Below, piece by piece: positions 58,816-64,000 of a stretch of DNA of 64,000 nucleotides. Under the pieces are notes generated by a model. That model saw nothing but the letters and a program-made list of their open reading frames with translations, did not search any database and was not told the DNA's origin. A program made the position numbers and the translations under genes. The stretch lies in the NCBI GenBank assembly GCA_038064695.1, contig JBBTSO010000005.1, positions 42,070-106,069 on the forward strand, written 5' to 3'. Position 1 is the stretch's first letter. Each line of letters begins with the position of its first letter. The DNA comes from Patescibacteria group bacterium (GTDB lineage Bacteria > Patescibacteriota > Minisyncoccia > Phycocordibacterales > Phycocordibacteraceae).

Positions 58816-59955
58816 CTACTCTCCGATAAGTACCTTTTTATACGTGTGGAAAAAGAGCGCGCTTAAAGAAAGGAATATGTCGTAGGTCCCTTGATCTCCA
58901 ATGGTGAGCATATTTTGAACGAGTGGCGCAGACACAGGATTAATTGCGAGAGAAAAAGTGTTCTTTCTTTCAAACCCCTTGGTGAGCCAGGTGAGCACAT
59001 CCCGATCGCTTATGAGAAAGAGTGTTTGCGGAATAGGAACAATTTCTGCCGCGCTTTTTAACGTTGTTTCAAATTGAGCCACCCACTCGTCAAATGCTTT
59101 TTCAAATTTTTCTTTTAGTGAGGTTTGTTCCTCGCCAGTTAATTCGTTCCGAGCGTAGAGCGCAAGACGAGAAAGCGTGTCAGGAAGTGGCGCGTCTTTA
59201 GTGGCAACTGATCGGGCTATTCCGTAATATCCTTGCGGAATAGTGGATAGGTGGTGGATGCCGTCTTCGTAGAGCACTGAAACCTCAGTCACTTCCCCCG
59301 CAACATCCAAAACCACAAAACTCGTTTCCTCAGAAAGTGAGCGGAGCGCGACGGAAGAAACTAAAGGGAACGAGTGAAAAGAAACAACGGCGTGAGGAAA
59401 AGCACGTAGGGCCGCAGTACGAATTTTCTCTGCAACCATTTGCTGCATCTCGCTTTCAAAATAATGTAACTCTAAGGAACTTCCTAAAATGGGTTTAGTG
59501 AGCGCGGTACTGTACCCGTTAATTTTTACATGCATAACGAGCGCCTCTATGTCTACGTTGCCAGTTTTTGGAGGTGCCTCATTTTTATATTGCTCAATTG
59601 CCTTTTCAACGGTCTTTTGAGAAATAAGTGCTGGTTTTTCAGAATGCGAAACAATGGTGCGAATACGTGCCTCATGCCACGGCGCAGCAACCACGACACG
59701 TACTTCCTTAAGGTGAACCTTTTCGTACTTTTGGAGTAGTATTTTGAGTGATTCGTCTAAAAGTTGCGCCATCGACTCACGTGAGGTTTCCGACCCACTC
59801 CCAAGTTGCTGTCGCTCCACGTGCGAAAGTTCAGGGCCGTTCTGACCACCCATACTCAAAACACCAGCAGTAATAAACGCGGTGCCAACGTCAATGAGTA
59901 AACTTTTTTCTGATGCGCTCTTTTTATTTTTATTCACGGGTTTCTGAAAACTCAA
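58816..59955 (-). CDS. Divergent FtsA/PilM-like actin-fold protein
   Basis: LLIDVGT (phosphate 1), KINGY, LDVAGEVTEVS (phosphate 2). Confidence 0.65.
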   Translation of the reverse strand: MSFQKPVNKNKKSASEKSLLIDVGTAFITAGVLSMGGQNGPELSHVERQQLGSGSETSRESMAQLLDESLKILLQKYEKVHLKEVRVVVAAPWHEARIRTIVSHSEKPALISQKTVEKAIEQYKNEAPPKTGNVDIEALVMHVKINGYSTALTKPILGSSLELHYFESEMQQMVAEKIRTAALRAFPHAVVSFHSFPLVSSVALRSLSEETSFVVLDVAGEVTEVSVLYEDGIHHLSTIPQGYYGIARSVATKDAPLPDTLSRLALYARNELTGEEQTSLKEKFEKAFDEWVAQFETTLKSAAEIVPIPQTLFLISDRDVLTWLTKGFERKNTFSLAINPVSAPLVQNMLTIGDQGTYDIFLSLSALFFHTYKKVLIGE

Positions 59956-61817
59956 GAAAGTATTGCTTTTATTCTACGGATGCCTGCCGATGATGCTTCT
60001 TCTTTAACTATACTAAATGTTCCCATACTTCCTGTGTTTTGCACATGCGGTCCTCCACAGAGTTCACGCGAGTAAATAGTGCCGTCGCTGCATACGACTT
60101 GGTACACATTCACGACATCGGGATATTTTTCCCAAAAACTTCCCTCAACACCTTCCGCTTGTGCTTGCGCTTTTGGCATTTGCACCATCACCATATCGCA
60201 TTTCTTTTGTATCGCTTTGTTAACATACTCTTCAATCTTTTTTAAAATCTCAGGTGGCACTTTCTCGGGGTGGTTAAAATCAAAACGTGTTCGTTCGCTC
60301 GTTATGTTTGACCCTGCTTGGTGCACGTGACTCCCTAGGTACTTTCTTAAACCCGCGAGCATAAGGTGGGTCGCTGTGTGAAGTTTGGTCGTTTGTTCAG
60401 ATGAATCTGCCAGTCCCCCCTTGAATTTCTGTTCCGCGCCAGCACGGGAAAGATCTTGATGTTTAACTTTTTCTTCTTCATACGTTTTTAAATCAACCGT
60501 TTTACCACTCTCTCCTGCAATCTCAACGAGCATTTCAATGGGAAAGCCATGCGTTTGAACCAAGAGTGAGGCTTCGGTACCAGAAATAGTGTTCCCTTGT
60601 ATTTTTGCGTATTCTTTTAACCCCACGGTGAGTGTTTTTCTAAATCGGATCTCTTCTTCCGTGATCGTTGAAAGGATTTTTTGATAACTAACCGAAAGTT
60701 TTGGATAGGCATCTCGATATGAAGTAATAATTGAATCAAGAACACGTCCCAGTGTTTCAGTTTTTACATTCAGTTTGTCCATATGAAAGATAGAACGACG
60801 GATGAGGCGACGGAGAATATACCCCTGTTCAGTGTTTGAAGGAATAACACCGTCCGCAATCATAAAAACCGCACCCTTTAAATGGTCTGCAACAATCCTA
60901 AAGGAGCGCTGGTACGCGGTGTCATTATAATTTTTTCCACCCGCCGCAGATAACTCGCGAATGCTATTGAGCAACGTGTCGATTAGAAATACATCCCCCT
61001 TGTCAACCGATGCGGCAGCAATGCGCTCTAACCCTCCACCAAAATCAACATTTGCCTTCGGGAGGAGTGCGAATGTTCCGTCAGCATTTTTTATGTACTG
61101 CATAAAAACGGAATTTCCGATTTCCATAAAACGTCCGCAATCACAGTTGGGGTGGCAATGTTCACCCCACTTCAAGTCGTGTGGGGTACCGAAGTCGTAA
61201 AACATTTCTGAATCCGGACCCCCCGGCTCACCTGCAGGCATTTTACTTGGAACACCTGAACGACTCCACCAATTTTTCTTTGCGTCGTACGCAAAAATAC
61301 GAGCACCCTGCATACCGACACGGTATCCGTTTTCTTCAGTTCCTATAACAACGTCATTCGCTTCCATTCCTTTCTCTTTGAAAAGCGATTTCCAAAGCGC
61401 GATTGACTCGACATCTTTTGGAATGCCTAGACTTTCATCTCCTGCAAACACGGTGACATATAACTTCTGTGGATTCAATCCGACTACGTTAGTGAGAAAG
61501 TCAAAAAACCATGGAAGTTGTTCTTTTTTAAAATAATCTCCAAATGACCAGTTTCCGATCATTTCAAATGACGACGTATGCCGATTATCGCCAATCTCCT
61601 CTATATCTTCAGTGCGAAATGAAGGTTGCACATTCACCACGCGAGTTCCTTGCGGATGCGGTGTTCCTAAAAAATAGGGCAACAGTGGTTGCATTCCTGA
61701 AGAAACGAAAAGAGTGGTTGGATCGTTTTCAGGGACCAGCGGCACTGAAGGAATCACCACGTGATGCTGGTTTTTAAAATATTCAAGATACTTTGCTCTA
61801 ATTTCAGAAACGGTCAT
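59952..61817 (-). CDS. alaS: Alanine--tRNA ligase lacking the C-Ala domain
   Basis: DPTTLF..SGMQ, EIGNSVFMQY, DFGGGLER, HTATH, ELCGGPH, GIRRIKA then stop. Confidence 0.95.
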   Translation of the reverse strand: MTVSEIRAKYLEYFKNQHHVVIPSVPLVPENDPTTLFVSSGMQPLLPYFLGTPHPQGTRVVNVQPSFRTEDIEEIGDNRHTSSFEMIGNWSFGDYFKKEQLPWFFDFLTNVVGLNPQKLYVTVFAGDESLGIPKDVESIALWKSLFKEKGMEANDVVIGTEENGYRVGMQGARIFAYDAKKNWWSRSGVPSKMPAGEPGGPDSEMFYDFGTPHDLKWGEHCHPNCDCGRFMEIGNSVFMQYIKNADGTFALLPKANVDFGGGLERIAAASVDKGDVFLIDTLLNSIRELSAAGGKNYNDTAYQRSFRIVADHLKGAVFMIADGVIPSNTEQGYILRRLIRRSIFHMDKLNVKTETLGRVLDSIITSYRDAYPKLSVSYQKILSTITEEEIRFRKTLTVGLKEYAKIQGNTISGTEASLLVQTHGFPIEMLVEIAGESGKTVDLKTYEEEKVKHQDLSRAGAEQKFKGGLADSSEQTTKLHTATHLMLAGLRKYLGSHVHQAGSNITSERTRFDFNHPEKVPPEILKKIEEYVNKAIQKKCDMVMVQMPKAQAQAEGVEGSFWEKYPDVVNVYQVVCSDGTIYSRELCGGPHVQNTGSMGTFSIVKEEASSAGIRRIKAILS

Positions 61818-61832
61818 TTTTGCATTTTACCA

Positions 61833-63887
61833 CTAACCTTTTAATTCTTTAACCAAACGTGTTGCGCCATAAACGGTTTTTAAAACACTGTATATACCTT
61901 GCGTGTGAACCGATATGGTGTGTTCTGGCACGTGGTCCATATACATAAACGTGTCCCCTTGCGTATGAGTGAGACCGTCAAAAAGGAGTCCGACAATTTC
62001 TTTTTTGTAATTAAAAACAGGGCTCCCCGAGTTGCCGCCGTGAGTGTCGTGCGTCGTAATAAAGTTAAATGCCGATGAATCCTTCTCTAAGACGTAACGT
62101 TTCTTTTCCCAACGCTCTGGTAATTTCCAGTATTTTTCATAGTTATGAAGCGCACCGTGAGCAAACACTCCTCCAATCGTAGTGTACTTTTGTTCGGGAA
62201 CGGCGCGCATTACAAACGGCACCACGCGTCCATAGGCAAGTCGCAAGGTGAAGGTTGCATCAGGGTACATATTTTCTCCGTACAGTTCAAAAAGTGCTTT
62301 TGCAATTTTTCCGTATGCAACTTCAATAACTTCCTCTACGTTCGTTTCAATTTTTTCACGCACGCTGCGTGAACGTGCGTCAGTTAAGAGCGCGAGTTTA
62401 ACAAAGGGGTCTTTTGAAGTGGCGAGTCCTTTCACTCCGCCTTTCACCAATTTCTTACGCGCAGCAACCCGGTCGAGTGTAGTGCCTAGAACCAACGCGT
62501 GCGCGGTTTCTTCAATAGTTCTTCCCTGCAACACGCTCTTTACCCCACTATCTTCAGGCCCAAAGGTTTCAACAAAGAGGCGCAACGAGTCAGCAAGTTT
62601 CCACTCCTCAAGGTCTTTGTAGAGGGGTGCTGGAGAGTACAAACTCTCAAGGAGCGATTCGCGCCTTGCATCTCCAAACTCTTCAAGGCGAAGTGTGCTT
62701 GGTTTTTTATCTTCGTAAAGCATTCGCACGATAGTGCGCGCGATGCCAAAAAAATCTGAAGAAAACGCGCGCGCGCCTTCATACATAAGGTATTCGTCGC
62801 GTAGTTTGTGAAAATATAAAGTAGCATCCTTAATATCGTCCCAGGCGCCTCCGGTAACTTTTTTCAATGAGGGAGACTTTAAAACCGCCTTCCGAACCGT
62901 TTCTTCTCTTTCCTTCAATGCCGCAAAAAAATCGGGTGACTGAATGGAAGCAAGTTGTCCCTCAAAACGTTTTCGTACGTTCTGAATGCTATGAAGATCA
63001 TCATCCGCTCGTCTCGCACTTTCAGGTGAACGCCCTGAAAATTGTTGCAATAAAATTTCTTTCCGACGAACATAGTTCATCAAAAGAGGCATGCTAACGT
63101 CGCGCATATGGCGTATGCGGTCATACGTCGTCAATCGGTTAGTAGACCCTGGGTGACCAGACACAAAGAGCGTCTCGTTCATTTTTGGGGATGTAGTGCT
63201 CCACGTGAAGTGGTTCGGCGTCTTAAGCGGTTTCCCGTGTTCGTAAACGCGGAAAAAAGCAGCATCAAGCGAGTAGCGCGGGTACTCGTAGTTATCAATA
63301 TCACCACCGAACGAAGCGATCGCGGATTCAGGAGCAAATACGAGACGAACGTCAGTATATTTTTTGTACTGATAGAGGTGGTACTTCCCCCCATTGTAGA
63401 GTGTCACCACGTCACTGCGCATCCCGGTTTCTTTTTTAGATTCTTCTTCAATGCGTGCTATCACTGCTCGTCTTTTTTTTGACCGAAGTGACGCACTCTT
63501 CACGCTCTTAAGTGCGTTCTCTACGCGATCAGTAACGTCAGTAATGTTCCATAACACATTGACTTCAAGGTGCGGTGCCTTTTTTTCCTCTCCTAGAGTC
63601 TTTGCAAGGAACCCGTGTTTGAAATAGTCATACGATTCGCTACTCAGTTCATAGAGCACGCTTGCCGCAACGTGGTGGTTAGTAACTAACAATCCTTCCG
63701 GAGACACAAATGACGCTGAACCGCCATTGTTCATGCGAACAGAAGAACGTTGTACCTCAACAAGCCACTCCGGAGAAAGAGATACGCCGTACTTTTCTTT
63801 CACGCGACCAACGGGAACCAAATTCAAAGGCCACATCCCCTCGTCGCCCTGCAAAATAGTCTTCGTCGTTTTTCTTTTTGTTGCCAT
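61833..63887 (-). CDS. S46 family dipeptidyl peptidase
   Basis: DEGMW, SASFVS..GL..TNHH, DVRLVFAP, GGNSGSPV, GLLFDG. Confidence 0.92.
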   Translation of the reverse strand: MATKRKTTKTILQGDEGMWPLNLVPVGRVKEKYGVSLSPEWLVEVQRSSVRMNNGGSASFVSPEGLLVTNHHVAASVLYELSSESYDYFKHGFLAKTLGEEKKAPHLEVNVLWNITDVTDRVENALKSVKSASLRSKKRRAVIARIEEESKKETGMRSDVVTLYNGGKYHLYQYKKYTDVRLVFAPESAIASFGGDIDNYEYPRYSLDAAFFRVYEHGKPLKTPNHFTWSTTSPKMNETLFVSGHPGSTNRLTTYDRIRHMRDVSMPLLMNYVRRKEILLQQFSGRSPESARRADDDLHSIQNVRKRFEGQLASIQSPDFFAALKEREETVRKAVLKSPSLKKVTGGAWDDIKDATLYFHKLRDEYLMYEGARAFSSDFFGIARTIVRMLYEDKKPSTLRLEEFGDARRESLLESLYSPAPLYKDLEEWKLADSLRLFVETFGPEDSGVKSVLQGRTIEETAHALVLGTTLDRVAARKKLVKGGVKGLATSKDPFVKLALLTDARSRSVREKIETNVEEVIEVAYGKIAKALFELYGENMYPDATFTLRLAYGRVVPFVMRAVPEQKYTTIGGVFAHGALHNYEKYWKLPERWEKKRYVLEKDSSAFNFITTHDTHGGNSGSPVFNYKKEIVGLLFDGLTHTQGDTFMYMDHVPEHTISVHTQGIYSVLKTVYGATRLVKELKG

Positions 63888-63890
63888 AGA

Positions 63891-64000
63891 TTAAAGTTTC
63901 AACGCAATGAGTATTGCTCCTACTGCCATTAAAATAGAACCGGAGATAGTGCTCCAGGTGAAACTTTCTCCTAAGAATAACCCTGCGAGGATGACGACGA
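63891..64000 (-). CDS. EamA/DMT family transporter, C-terminal part (partial)
   Basis: ..VVILAGLFLGESFTWSTISGSILMAVGAILIALKL*. Confidence 0.75.
   Translation of the reverse strand, partial: VVILAGLFLGESFTWSTISGSILMAVGAILIALKL

Noticed and set aside
40612-61817. Short AspRS, C-terminally truncated AlaRS and short L13 as pseudogenes
   Set aside because: Catalytic motifs are intact and such compact forms are usual in this lineage
1-64000. Many overlapping or antisense ORFs in the track (e.g. 399-1229, 5048-5584, 16691-17152, 39787-40245)
   Set aside because: They are shadows of well-supported genes on another frame or strand, with no recognisable motifs
1-64000. Alternative genetic code (TGA=Gly, code 25)
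   Set aside because: Conserved genes are full length under code 11, and several end correctly at TGA (rsmH, ftsI, murF, alaS)
1-64000. CRISPR array, rRNA, integrase or transposase
   Set aside because: No repeat-spacer periodicity, rRNA-like sequence or recombinase motifs seen

Overview
64 kb chromosomal window from a small-genome bacterium, genetic code 11. Gene content and order point to Patescibacteria/CPR, most like Parcubacteria (inference): short archaeal-type AspRS, AlaRS without C-Ala domain, short L13, L9 present, an FtsA-like plus baseplate-J-like pair, Cys-rich surface proteins and no biosynthetic pathways. It is mostly housekeeping: mreC/D-mrdA, greA, lysS, a split dcw cluster, tRNA-Glu, rmuC, recR, dnaB, gltX, scpAB, aspS, trpS, grpE-dnaK-dnaJ, the alpha ribosomal operon and alaS. 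The best candidate for an undescribed system is a tightly coupled cassette at 42.9-48.1 kb: PlsC-like acyltransferase, FadE-type acyl-CoA dehydrogenase, PhcB-like SAM methyltransferase and an orphan multi-TM histidine kinase. It reads like a lipid-signal synthase plus receptor in a lineage that generally neither makes nor degrades fatty acids. Non-coding observations: a tRNA-3'-end-derived mini element, a MITE at the ftsW promoter, heptamer arrays at gene starts, many leaderless-type promoters, a dif-like site where gene orientation converges, and an in-frame TAA in grpE. All calls come from reading motifs by eye; no searches were run.
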